DNA of 64,000 nt from Eremomyces bilateralis CBS 781.70 (lineage: Eukaryota), in the NCBI GenBank assembly GCA_010015585.1, contig ML975155.1. The stretch is one strand, 5' to 3'. The notes beneath the pieces were generated by a model that saw only the letters and a list, made by a program, of their open reading frames with translations, was not told the DNA's origin and ran no database searches. Made by a program: the position numbers and the translations under genes. Below, piece after piece: positions 12,478-23,828 of the stretch (positions are counted from its first letter, which is position 1; every line of letters starts with the position of its first letter).

Positions 12478-13659
12478 TCACAATTGCGCTGGTTTAGCCA
12501 CATCCAAATTAAGAGGCAACGGAATCGGCTTGCCAGCGTCCTCAATCCGGCCCGTGACAAAGGCTAGAGGGATGTTGGGACCCCAGACATAGAGAGAATC
12601 TGGAGCCGCAGCTTCGCGGCCGAATGGTGTATCTTCATTGACGAGATCTCCATCGGAATAGTGCTCAACCACATTGCCAGATCCATCAAACCTATAGATA
12701 CGCAGTCAGCAACAAACCCATGTCAATATCAACTTGATTAAGCTTTGGTTGTTCTTTACCAGTAATCGAAGATTTGGCTACCCAGAACGTGTCTACCAAT
12801 GCCCCAGCAATTGGTCCAGCCGTTCCTTTGTAGGTGATCGTGCCCCAACCTCTGCGTGTCAAAGTCGTTGACTTCGTAGCTTGAATGGTGTACGTGAGCA
12901 TGTGGCGCTTGCTTGCTAGCGGCGAGGAAAAAGCTCTGTCTGAATTAGAATGATCAAATCCCAGCAGTCAATCGTATGTACAACCGCACGTACATGATGA
13001 TCGGCGTACTGACTTCCAAGGTCAATGTGCATGAAGACAGTATCATCCTTGTTTGAGACTGGGTCGAACACAGCATCGGTGGGTTTAAGGTTGATGGTAG
13101 TGGTATACCATGAAAAGGATTCCTCGAATTTGTTCTGTGGTACCACATATCCGTAATGGCCCAGCTTGTGGACAGGGCTGGCACCGGGTAGGAACCGTCG
13201 GACAGCGCCCTTCCGCGGTTTTTCAACCGCTGTGTTGGAAGCATGGCCACTGTCCTTGCGCTCCAAGGCCCCGACATCGACATCCGGGGAGCGGAGGGTT
13301 TGTCCGTAGACAAACCCGACAGTATTGCCGTTGGGATCTGGCACGGTGACCACTCGGCCACCACCAGGGGCATCCAGGTTCTGAATAGACGAAGCGCCCG
13401 GGAGAGATGCTGCCTTTTCCAGCTCAGCTTCGCTATCCACAACCCAGTAACCTCCGGCGAAGTGCCTCTTTTCATCCGGAGACTGCTCTGCTAGATGGAC
13501 GAAAGGCTGTGCGCCATACCCGCGTAGAAATGTGCGGCCATCCCGTTCATCTTCTGTCACCAAGCCAAAGTCTCCAAAGAATTTGACTGCTTTGGCTAGG
13601 TCAGGGTGCTTGTAGTGGACGTGCGACAAGCGCACAACGCGGATCTTGTCAGAAACCAT
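12478..13659 (-). CDS. VOC/glyoxalase-fold extradiol-type ring-cleavage dioxygenase (trihydroxytoluene-oxygenase-like)
   Basis: Two-domain VOC protein: RLSHVHY..PDL...FFGDFGL N-terminus, then KLGHYG, HVHHSSYEV, WGIGRHVLGSQIFDYW and VEHYSDGD (His/His/Glu metal triad). Introns near 12938-12993 and 12692-12758. Confidence 0.85.
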
Positions 13660-13828
13660 GTCAAATTCGTCGTCAATGAGTGCTCTGATGATTGTTGAAC
13701 TAGACGGCTAGACTTTGAATTTGAATTTGATTTGATTTGATTTAGAGAGATTATATTCCCTTTGACCAAACCGGTTTCACAACACAGTTGGGAACGTGCT
13801 TCTGGGCCCGATGTTGGGCGGCATACGA

Positions 13829-13838
13829 CGGTATACCG
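13829..13838. promoter_or_regulatory. CGGTATACCG palindrome in the 290-bp divergent dioxygenase/FAH promoter
   Basis: Perfect CGG-N4-CCG palindrome between ATG 13659(-) and ATG 13949(+). Confidence 0.6.
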
Positions 13839-13948
13839 CGATCCGGTGTGGCTGCCGGTGTGCAGCTGTTAAAGTAGAAACGGTTTCCAGAACCATTGTT
13901 CTCGACGACGGCAATATTTTGCAAGGGCTTCGTGCATACAACGCAAAT

Positions 13949-14930
13949 ATGGCATTCGAGAAGCTTGTTCGATACCAGGTGGAAGGCTCGATCTATTATG
14001 GGGATCTGATAGAGACAGCTGAAACCGGCTTCAAAGTGCGCAGATTGAGCGGCGGTCTTGGTGGCTTTCAGCCACAAGGGGATATTGATACGGTGAACAA
14101 GGTAAGTTTCCTCAGGCCACACTACACACAGCCGGTAATTCTGACGTTCTTATCTCCGTAGCTCCTTTGCCCCTTGGAGAAGACGCCGATTATACTATGC
14201 ATCGGACTCAACTACAAGAAACATGCAACTGAAGCTTCAGTAAGCCAAATGCTCATGATGTTTTCCTCATTGCTTTGGTGCCGAGGTTTTGTCTGGCAAC
14301 GTAATCGCTGACGGCGGGCTTGTTCAGCTTGAAATTCCAGATTATCCCGTGGTCTTCACCAAGCCCTCGGATGCCCTTGCGGGACCCGGCGAAGCGATTC
14401 CTATCAGCCCAGGCGCTCAATCCATGCTGGACTATGAAGGGGAATTGGTCGTGGTAATTAGCAAGGACTGTAAGAATCTTCCTGAAGACGTTGATCTCAG
14501 CGAATATGTCCTTGGATACACGGCCGGAAACGATGTCTCAGCACGAAACTACCAACTTCCCAAAGCCGGCGGTGGTCAATATTCATATGCGAAGTCGTTC
14601 GACAAGTTTGCACCCATCGGTCCTTATATTGTCAGTTCGAGCGTCATCAAGGATCCGCAAAGCCTGAAATATGTCACGAGGGTGAACGGGAAGACGGTGC
14701 AGGAGACGGACACTGATGACATGATATGGTCGGTGAAGGCGATTCTGCGACACTTGACTCGGGGTACCACCGTGCGCGCAGGAACCATTATCATGACGGG
14801 CACACCAGCTGGCGTCGGCTTTTTCAGGAACCTCTTCCTACAGGACGGTGATATGGTCGAGGTCGAGATCGAAGGAGTGATGAAGCTGTCCAACATTATC
14901 AAGTACGAGGATCATGCTTCCAAAATGTAG
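13949..14930 (+). CDS. Fumarylacetoacetate hydrolase family protein (short, FAHD1/FAHD2-like acylpyruvate hydrolase type)
   Basis: CIGLNYKKHA, VFTKPSDAL, DYEGEL, GNDVSAR, AKSFDKFAPIGP and TGTPAGVG motifs; introns at about 14102-14161 and 14200-14327; about 265 aa. Confidence 0.9.
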
Positions 14931-15319
14931 TCGCCCAGGCAAAATAACTAATAGTCTGATAATCAAAGGCTTCTCTTCTGCTAGTATAAGGCTTCGGTTC
15001 GACTGTTAAGCTGTAGAGCCCGAGTACATCCCCTTAGGGCGGGTTGAACGCATGGGGATGGTGGTGAAGATGGTGATATGGTGCTGTAGGGGATCGAGCT
15101 GGTGGGAAAATTTCCCGTTGTGGTAATTACAGCGTGGCTACATCCGATTAAGTTCTCCCTAACTCGCACCCAGGGCTTTCTCTCGGCCCGGTTTCAACTC
15201 TAAACCCTCTATATCGACGAGTTCGTCGGGTCTTTGGAGAAAGAAATGTCGAACCCTCCCCGTATCCCAAACCTATCTGTACTTTCGTTCCGCTTCCCTT
15301 CGCTCCTCGTTAAATTTGG

Positions 15320-15442
15320 TGTCTGTCAGTACACAAATTTGCGGAGCCGGGTGAGTAGCTGGCGATTGGTTGGTGTGGCACAATTAACGGGGATTTGTGA
15401 AGAGATCTGCGTACCTTGTGACTGAGACTGAGACTGATCCTG
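15320..15442 (+). repeat. Degenerate direct repeat, copy 1 (copy 2 at 16793-16924)
   Basis: Shares gccgggtg..agctggcgattggttggtg..cacaatt..gatctg.gtac....tgagactgat.ctg with 16793-16924. Confidence 0.75.
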
Positions 15443-15534
15443 CATCAGTAATGTTCCGGGTCAGTCCAATCGTGCGTCGGGCTCCGACAGGTGATGGGGT
15501 TGCTACCCCAGACGAAGTTTAGGATCGCGCGACT

Positions 15535-15633
15535 TGCTCACCTTCAAGTGAGTGAGCAGTTTGTTGGTGCTCACTATCAGGCATCGTGAGCACACCCACT
15601 GATCACTCTTCATCACTGTGAGCAGAGTGAGCA
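15535..15633. repeat. Cluster of six TGCTCAC/GTGAGCA heptamers in both orientations
   Basis: Copies at 15535, 15552, 15568, 15586, 15618 and 15627, plus a TGATCAC variant at 15600. Confidence 0.75.
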
Positions 15634-16262
15634 GGATGAAGGAATTGAATCACCGTGTATGTACACATCGAGGTTGCTTTCGACTAAGTTAGCTCTAGTT
15701 GTAAATTGATATCTTCGTCTACCCATACCTCTGCTTCACCTTGTGCGCTTCCCAGCTGATACTCCTCTCTAAGAGATTTAAACCCACGTGACGCATCCCT
15801 GATACCAGCTCACAACAAGCAGTTGTTATAGCGGTTATTTTACCTCTTGGAGCGCGGAGAGCTCTTAGAGTACGGGATTTAGGTATCCAAGTTCGTCGCT
15901 CAGACCTTGACGTCCATGTCATTTCGGAAGTCCTCGGTAATTTGCGGCTTTTGGTATAACTCCCTGCTCTATAACCGTCGAATCCTCAATCATCTCCCCC
16001 CTAACTATTCGTACCCACCCCGTTCCGGCTTATGACGGGAATTTGCTCGGCTGACGGATACCGAGTCGGAGGGTGAGTTCGGCTAAGGCTATATTAGTAC
16101 GCACCTGGATCCTTGATTGTCGTCCCAGCATATATACCCTCTTGTGGTGAGTTACCTTCTGAGCTTAAGAGCCCCTGCGAGAGCTTATATCAACCATCTA
16201 TATAAATCTGAATATCTTCGTTTATCCCCCCAACTGGCGTTTAAGGATACCTTACCGACGGA

Positions 16263-16769
16263 ATGGCACACGAATCGATCCGCCAGCAGCTTATCGGCGC
16301 GTGGGAGCTCATCGAATACGTCGCGTATCTCCCCGACGATCCTTCTAATAAGGTCCACCCTATGGGCCCCAATGCAACGGGCATCATCATGTACACACCG
16401 GACGGGTACATGTCGGCGCAACTCCTGAAGCCGAACCAGGCGGCATTTGACACCGCCCAAGGGACCGCGAACGAATGGGCCCAGGTCGGCAAGAAATTCA
16501 TCGGTTATACGGGCCAGTTTTACTTGGACGAGCGCGGGGACGAAAAGGGTCGGCCAATCCTTATACATCATATGCGCAATGCGAGTCTGCCGTCCTTAAG
16601 AGGGGATAAGCAGAGGCGGCTCGTAGGATTTAGCAACGAAAGCGACGGCAAGTACCTGGTCCTGGGCGTAGAGGGGACAGTGGCTATCGGTACGGAGCGA
16701 AGGGTGCTTCAGTTGCGGTGGAGGAGACTGCCTTACAACGATAAGACGACGCCGCAGGAGAATCTTTGA
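16263..16769 (+). CDS. Lipocalin-like domain protein (Lipocalin_5 type), single exon
   Basis: 168 aa; LIGAWEL...HPMGPNATGIIMYTPDGYMSAQL...FIGYTG.F and terminal LRWRR pattern typical of this beta-barrel family. Confidence 0.75.
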   Translation: MAHESIRQQLIGAWELIEYVAYLPDDPSNKVHPMGPNATGIIMYTPDGYMSAQLLKPNQAAFDTAQGTANEWAQVGKKFIGYTGQFYLDERGDEKGRPILIHHMRNASLPSLRGDKQRRLVGFSNESDGKYLVLGVEGTVAIGTERRVLQLRWRRLPYNDKTTPQENL

Positions 16770-16792
16770 GAAGAGATAGTGCGTTGTAATAA

Positions 16793-16924
16793 GTCTTTGT
16801 CAGGACATAGATTTTGCAAAGCCGGGTGGACAGCTGGCGATTGGTTGGTGAGGCATGTGCAGAACACAATTTAATGGGGGTCTGCATGACATGATCTGTG
16901 TACTTTTGTCTGAGACTGATGCTG
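16793..16924 (+). repeat. Degenerate direct repeat, copy 2 (3' flank of the lipocalin-like gene)
   Basis: Aligns by eye to 15320-15442. Confidence 0.75.
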
Positions 16925-17089
16925 TGGCAAGTTATCTCAGTTGGGACTCAGACGGGATCTGCAAGATAGTTGTGGCGGTGCAGGCATCTTTCAGATGCCG
17001 TCTGAGGGCCTTTTGCAAGCATTTTGGTGGGCGCCCCGCGGAGGACAAAAATAGCAGGACTCACATTGGGCTTGGCGCCACCACCCGTA

Positions 17090-17840
17090 CAGATTTCTAT
17101 ATAAAAACAGATATATTCACAATAACGCTGTCAATCCACGTCAAAATGGAAGGTGACGTTATTAAGTCTTATACAAACAGTCTATAGGTAAAAAACGCGG
17201 CGGTTAGCCCGCCATTCCGCCCCCATAACCAATCAGTTGACCACCAGCCTCGATCACCTTTCGAAGTCGATCAGGCATAGAAAGTACCCGTTTATTAATC
17301 CATTCCTGTTTAAGCTCTCCCCAGGCCTCGATCGCTAATTCACGAGTTTCTTCGGGATTGAAATGGCGATATTTCCGTACGTATTGCTTCGTCGGTTGCC
17401 AACAGTCCTCGATGATCGCAAGATCCGGCGATCCTGCGCAATTAAAGTACGAATGTACGCCATTTTGCTCTTTCCATTGTTGTACGGCATTGCCTTTTTT
17501 CCTTGACCGCGGCGGTGCGTGGCCTGAGTCTTGATCCTCCTCTAAAACGAAGAAATCTCCACGGTCGACCCATTCCTGAACTTCCGTCTGGAGTATCTCC
17601 TTGAGATAAACGTCCTGCGTCTTCTTCCCGTTTTTATTCGTCGGTATCTCGTAAAAGGTAAGGAGGGACTTGAAGTCGTAGCCCACCGCGGCCCATGCGT
17701 GGACTTTGAGCTTCTCTGCGTCGTCCCGTTCCTCCACGCGTTGGATACACTTGGGACAGTACCGTTCGCCGCGTTTCCGGATAATAACGAGCTTCCCTTG
17801 AGGCCCCATCCCGAAATGGACTTCGTCGCTATATCTGATA
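17090..17840 (-). mobile_element. 5'-truncated Tc1/mariner element carrying only the DDE catalytic half of the transposase
   Basis: SDEVHF...WAAVGYDFKS...EEDQDSGH...SPDLAIIEDCW...SMPDRLRKVIEAGG is a Tc1-type DDE domain. No HTH N-terminus. Possible single end TA|CAG at 17088-17092; no matching second TIR found. Confidence 0.8.
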
Positions 17841-18269
17841 CAATCGCGAGAGCAATAAGGCGCCGCATACAACCCAAGGAGGAACACCCACCAACACGGC
17901 GAAAGGGGACCAGAATGCCAGAAACAGCGCAGCAAGTGCCAACCGGCACGATATCACGCAAAGCACCCTAGAAATTGCCAAGGTCCAAGGCATCCCACGG
18001 CGCCAGCACGGAATAACGTGAAGGTTTTCCCCTACTGGGGTTTTTTATCCTCCATAGTTGCCGTACAGCCTGCATAGACCAATAGGGACCGAATCAGGCG
18101 TTAAATAGAATTATTAATAATAATAATATCTTTTCTATGGAACCTACTCCGTACATTTGGTGCAATTTCTGGTATTGTCGTAGTCTGGATATCAACATCC
18201 CCAGATGAACTACAGCTGTGATTGGGTTGTCACCCATGTATGATAGGTATTGGCAGCATTGGCAGTGTC

Positions 18270-18279
18270 CGGTTTACCG
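18270..18279. promoter_or_regulatory. CGGTTTACCG, candidate Zn2Cys6 site upstream of acetoacetyl-CoA synthetase
   Basis: One mismatch to CGGTATACCG, about 390 bp upstream of ATG 18671; a second CGG-N4-CCG lies at 18297-18306. Confidence 0.5.
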
Positions 18280-18670
18280 GTACCTGCCGGTGAACACGGC
18301 ATCCCGGTCAAAGTCTGTGGGGGCGGCGCGCCCCGTCTGCGCCTCCGGAGCCCCATTTTACAGAGCACTGGTACGGTACTCGGGACATAGGCACGCATTC
18401 CTTACTCTGACCGCGCCGGCAGCCGACGCAGGGCACGGGATGGGAGACAAGACGGCTGACCGGGCGGCACCGTTCTGGATGACCGACGGCCCCATTCATG
18501 AAGGCCGGCTAGTGGTGTGCACCATAAGATCATAAGAATCAATTATTGTTATTTGCAGCCGCCGCTTTCCCGACACTTCCTTCACTCCTTTATCAGACCT
18601 ATACGGTACTCACTTGTCTACCGAAAATTAAGTCAGGATATCTCCTGCTCCGGACCAGAATACAGCAACC

Positions 18671-20968
18671 ATGGGCTCGGAACCGATTTGGGTACCTAGC
18701 AATACGCGACACACTGGCATCCACACCTTTCGGCTGTACGTCAATCGGACATATTCCTTGAATCTTCAGACATACGATGACCTACACAAATGGTCTGTCA
18801 TGAACATCCCGGACTTTGCCGAAGCTCTTTTCGTTTTTGCCGGCATCCACGCTTCGACCCCGTACCTTCGACCAGCCGATGGAGTCGACACCATGTATCC
18901 GCCGCCACGGTGGTTTCCCGGTGCCCGGTTGAATTACACCGAGAATATCCTTAAGCCTGGACTCGGGTTGCGACCGAACGGTATTGCCGTTACTGTCTGT
19001 GACGAAGACCCGAGTACGAGTGTCGATATCACGTTCCTCGAGCTCGAGAGACAGACAGCACTCTGGGCTACGGCGTTGCGGAACATGGGTGTTGGAGTGG
19101 GAGACAGAGTTGCTAGTAGGTTTCAGCCATTTTTTACTTTGCTTCTTTTCACCTCCCCCCGCCTCACATTTTGGGTTGAGATTTCGAACATCTGTGCTTG
19201 GAAAGATACTGAGCATCGATAGCTGTGCTACCCAACAAACTCGACTGCCTCCTTGTTCTCCTGGCTGCTGGCTCTATCGGGGCGATTTTCTCGTCGACCT
19301 CACCTGACATGGGTGCCACTGGTATTATCGAGAGGTACAAACAGGTTCGACCTAAGGTTTTGGTTTGTGATACCGTCGTCACCTATGCAGGCAAGAAAAT
19401 AGATTTGCGGAAACGACTATTTGAAGCAAACAAAAAGCTATCTGAGCTGGTCCCCGAGCTTCAACATACCTTGGTGGCCAATGGTCCCATCTTTGAGGGC
19501 CAAAACGTGAAATCGGCCAACTCTGTGCTTGCGGCCACCCGTGCAACAAGTCCCCGATACGAGCAGCTTCCCTTCGACCACCCGATCTACATCCTGTACA
19601 CCTCCGGCACGACGGGGACTCCAAAATGCATCACGCATGCAGCAGGTCGAGCACTCCTGCAACAAAAGAAAGAACTCATCCTCACCGGGGACGTCAAACC
19701 CAACTCGACTTATTATCAATACACGACGACTGGTTGGATGATGTGGAATTGGGTCGTGGCAGTATTGAGCGTGGGTGGGCGAATCATTCTTTATGATGGC
19801 AGTCCGCTTCATCCCACGCCGAGTGCGCAAATCGAGTTGATCAAGAAACAGGAGTGAGTGTGCCACGATCGAAGACCCTCGGTCGCTGTCGAGCCCAGCG
19901 GTTGTGCAGCGCCGGCCTTGGTACTGACCTCTTTGCCATAGTGTCACCCACTGGGGAACAAGTCCAAAATTCCTCGCCGCCCTGAGACGCTCTGGGCTTC
20001 CCAAGGACATGGACCTTCCGAGTCTCTGTCATGTCGGTTCTGCAGGATCGCCCCTCAGCGCCGAGCTCCATCGATGGTTCGCAGACACGTTTCCGGCTGG
20101 AGTAGGACTAACCAGCGGTTCGGGGGGTACTGACCTGGTCGGAGGGAGTGAGTATATGACTCATCTATCTGATGTGCAGCTAGACTTCTGACCATTTGAA
20201 GTTGTCTCCGGCAGTCCGATAACCAATATCTACCCTGGTGAGATCTCCGTGCCAAACCTAGGCATGAAGGTCGAAATCTGGGACAGTTCGGGGAGGAATA
20301 TTGAAGACTCCGGCGAGAAAGGTGATCTCGTTATTACGAAGCCCTTTTTCAGCATGCCAATAGGGTTCTGGGGTGAGAATGGCAAGGCCAAGTACCGTGC
20401 AGCTTATTTTGAGCAGTATCCCGGCGTATGGTACCACGGGGACTTCATCAGGAAAATCCCCGGGACCAATGGTTATGAGATTCTGGGCAGAAGCGACGGC
20501 GTCCTTAACCCTGGAGGTATGTGTCCCACCCGGCAAATGATCGAGAACACTTCACTGACAAATCCAGGCGTGCGGTTTGGCAGCGCAGAAATTTATGGCA
20601 TCTTGGACAAGTTTGAAGAACTCCAAGATTTCCTCTGCGTTGCACAGAAGCTTCCACCCACCTTTCAGGATGAGCAAGTCTTGCTTTTCATTATGATGGC
20701 CGCTGGCAAGCGGCTTGACGACAGTCTTTTGTCCAGGATCAAGCAGGAAATATCGCGATCACTCAGTCTGAGACACGTTCCGGGTGGGATACACGAGGTG
20801 CACGGTATTCCCTATACCGTGAACGGAAAGCGTATTGAGAATCTAGTGAGGGATATTGTGGCCGGGAAATCCGTCGGTGAAGCGCGAACCGCGATAAATC
20901 CAGAGTGTCTGAAGGAATATGAGAACTTCAGGCTCGGCGCCGCGGAAGCAGCGCAAAGCAAGCTCTGA
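18671..20968 (+). CDS. Acetoacetyl-CoA synthetase (acetoacetate-CoA ligase)
   Basis: WFPGARLNYTENIL, FSSTSPDMG, ILYTSGTTGTPKCI, YQYTTTGWMMWNW, SGGTD, W.HGDF and GRSDGVLNPGGVRFGSAEIY motifs characteristic of AACS; four GT-AG introns restore an intact frame. Confidence 0.92.
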
Positions 20969-21266
20969 AGTGCTTTTGGGGGGTTTCCAGAGAATGGAAT
21001 GGAATTTTTGATGTTCTATTAGTCATGTCAACTAGTTTGTCCTAGATACGGTTCGGTCTGGGTACAAGAGTAGAGCCAACTAGGTCACTGAACTCCTGTT
21101 GCTTGATCAACAGGCGGTGAATTACCGTAGAATTTAAGATATAATACAGACTGGGGGAGTCCCCAATCATGTCCTGACCTGAGTACCAGCCTTCAACCCC
21201 GGAGATACTGCCTGGAATCATGTAGACCCTTACTTGTACTGGTATAAACCCCCCCACCAGTCTGCA

Positions 21267-23535
21267 TTATAACTGAAAGTCTGCAGAAAGCACGGGAGTT
21301 CTACGTTCATGCAAAGGCTGCTCGTATGCTGGCGCCTCAGGTGGTCCCGGAAGCTGGCTATACTTGTCCTCTAAGGAAGGGGGAATCTCGTTCATGTTAT
21401 CAATATCAGCAGGCCAGTCGATTTGTCCAAAAAAATTGTATCCCTCGAGCACTGTTTCAGCGTAGTCGAGACCATGTACTTGGGTGCCGGGCTGGGACAC
21501 GTTCGAGGGACGATTGCTGCCAGCCCCCTTGCGCCTCGGAAAGAACACAGAGAAGCGCTTGACAAGCGCATGGTCTGCCGTGCCGCCGCCCTGGAGGCAC
21601 ATCATCTGGAGTACAGCTTGCAAGGATTTAGCATCCATCGATGCATCAATCAGGACGAAGCCACGTACCTAATGTTTCAGATGCAAGTTTCCACTTCCCG
21701 GCAAAATGGGCGAAGATCAGTTCTGCCAATCGCCCTATAGCCTCAAAATCTCTCGCCACTTTTGCCAGGGCTGTTGAGATATCCATTGGAAAATGGATAG
21801 GTAGCATCATGCAAAGAAAAAAAGGATGCGCTGCCACAAGATAGTCTGTTGGCCATCGCGTAATGATTCGCGTAAACGACTTTGCATGTGCACTGCTGGC
21901 ATGTTCGACAACTTGGCTTGAGCAGGAAAGAGAGCTCGGCCCTTCATCGTTGTTAAGTGGCATCATCTCAATCATTGCGTATGCCTGGTTCAGGAGCAGA
22001 TGGGTCCCCATGATCCAATTAGAGGTCCCAAATGATTGTTGGTCGAATGTCGGCAGGTTGGTCGAAATGTTGAACTCGGGAGGCAGTGAGAGTCTGAAGC
22101 AGTTCACACTAACTTCTAAGACATATTTCACTTCCGTGAGGTCTTGCTTTTTTTTATTCAGTTCTTGATAGACCAGTGAAAGAAGGTGGTTGGCCACTAA
22201 GAACCATGCGCGAGGATCCTGATTCTCTGCAGCCTGGAGGGATTTCCAACACTGATGATGAGATGTCATAAGCAGGGCAGATTGACACATATTTCCGGAG
22301 AACCAGGCGTTGTCCGATACTGGCAGGTTGACAGAAAACTGGTGACGGTCCACTGCGAATGGTCTTTGGCTAACCATGGAGCCGAACGTGTCCAGCTCCC
22401 ATATCAGCCACCAGGCGCGACGCATCTCCTCCTTCTGTGTTGAGTCCAGTTGCGGATCTTCAGAATCGGGGTCGTCGATTTCGAACAGTTCCATTTCGTA
22501 GGCCAGCCGGACGCAAACGCCAGTGAGGATCCAGCTTTGAGCATTCAGCTCCGAGGTGTAGTCGTTGAAAGCGAGCAAGATGCAACCTTGCACATACTGT
22601 AGTGAAGATATTTTGGTGGATCGTGCCTCGGCATAGGCATGGCGTGCTGCCTTCATAAACGGTTCATCTCGGTCTCGCGGATCGATGAGGTCGAAATGAG
22701 GTGAATTAGAGTGGCGCGCAGACAGGGCAAAAAGACTGTAGAGCAATAGTTTCATGTCGACAGGCAACTTAGACAGAGCATCGGGCTCGTGACTGAGATG
22801 CTGAGAACAGTACGCCGTGAAGCGAGGCCGGTGGAGAAGTGGCAGCCATGGCTGGATATGCAGAAAGAATACTTCCACCAAGTGCATTGCCACATCACAG
22901 GACACGCGTGCTTCGGTGGTCAACTTGGTTGGGGCCTGTGCTTGCTTGTTGGTCGAAGCGGGGACATCCGATCCTGCCACATTCTCGCCAGTGCCATTGT
23001 CCAACTGGCTCACGCTCACTGATGAGCCGTCCAGGCTCGCGAGATCATGGGCGAAAACGGTTTCCAAGTCTGATTGCGATGGCGAGTCGGCCAAAACAAC
23101 GTCTGGGGCAACTGCGTCACCGGCCGTAGGAGATAGATTCGAAACGAGACCATGATGGCGAGCGTCACCAGATCTAGGAGACAGATTCGACACGAGATCA
23201 TGATCACGGATTTCACCCGGACTCGGCGACGGATTTGGGACAAGGCCATGTTCGCGAAGCAGGTAGGTAGCGCGGGGAGACTTGAGGACGCTCAGCAGCC
23301 GATCCATGTTGCCTTCCACCTCACGCAGGCCGGTTTTCCGTCTCTTGTTGCTGGTAGATGGAGGCTTTCGCTTGATGGGAAAGTAACATTTGCTGCCAGT
23401 CCGACGACACAGTCCACAGGCCGGCCGTGACATATCGCATTTCGTTTTCTTCCGGTGGCATTCCTGACAGGCGCGTGGAATCGTCTGCCATGGAAATTGA
23501 GAACGGCTCCATTGGACTTCGTCGGTCTGTGCCAT
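21267..23535 (-). CDS. Zn2Cys6 transcription factor with fungal-specific TF (MHR) domain
   Basis: ACQECHRKKTKCDMSRPACGLCRRTGSKC binuclear cluster, FF.HIQPWLPLLH and EEMRRAWW motifs; first ATG at 23535; one intron near 21617-21668. Confidence 0.92.
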
Positions 23536-23828
23536 GGTCAAGGAGGCGGACCATGTGCGATATGGTAGCGTCTGGATCCGGACAATGCGATAGCATTCAT
23601 GATTATTCGGAAGCTTCGGCTCAACTTCATGTCCCCAGTGGCAGGATGAGGGTGGTGAAGTTCTTCCACTTGTGTGGGGAAGCTGACCCGCAAGGATCTT
23701 CCCGCCCGAGGTTCTGGCTCACAGATGGGGCGGGGCAATTGAGCCATCTGTGGCGTTTGGAAGTGGTCAGGAGCAGGGATGGAAATTACATGTAAAACCT
23801 GCCTCTGTATAACAACTAACAAGGTATA

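Noticed and set aside
15535..15633. CRISPR-like array
   Set aside because: Eukaryotic context, 7-bp repeats in mixed orientation, no regular spacers and no cas genes
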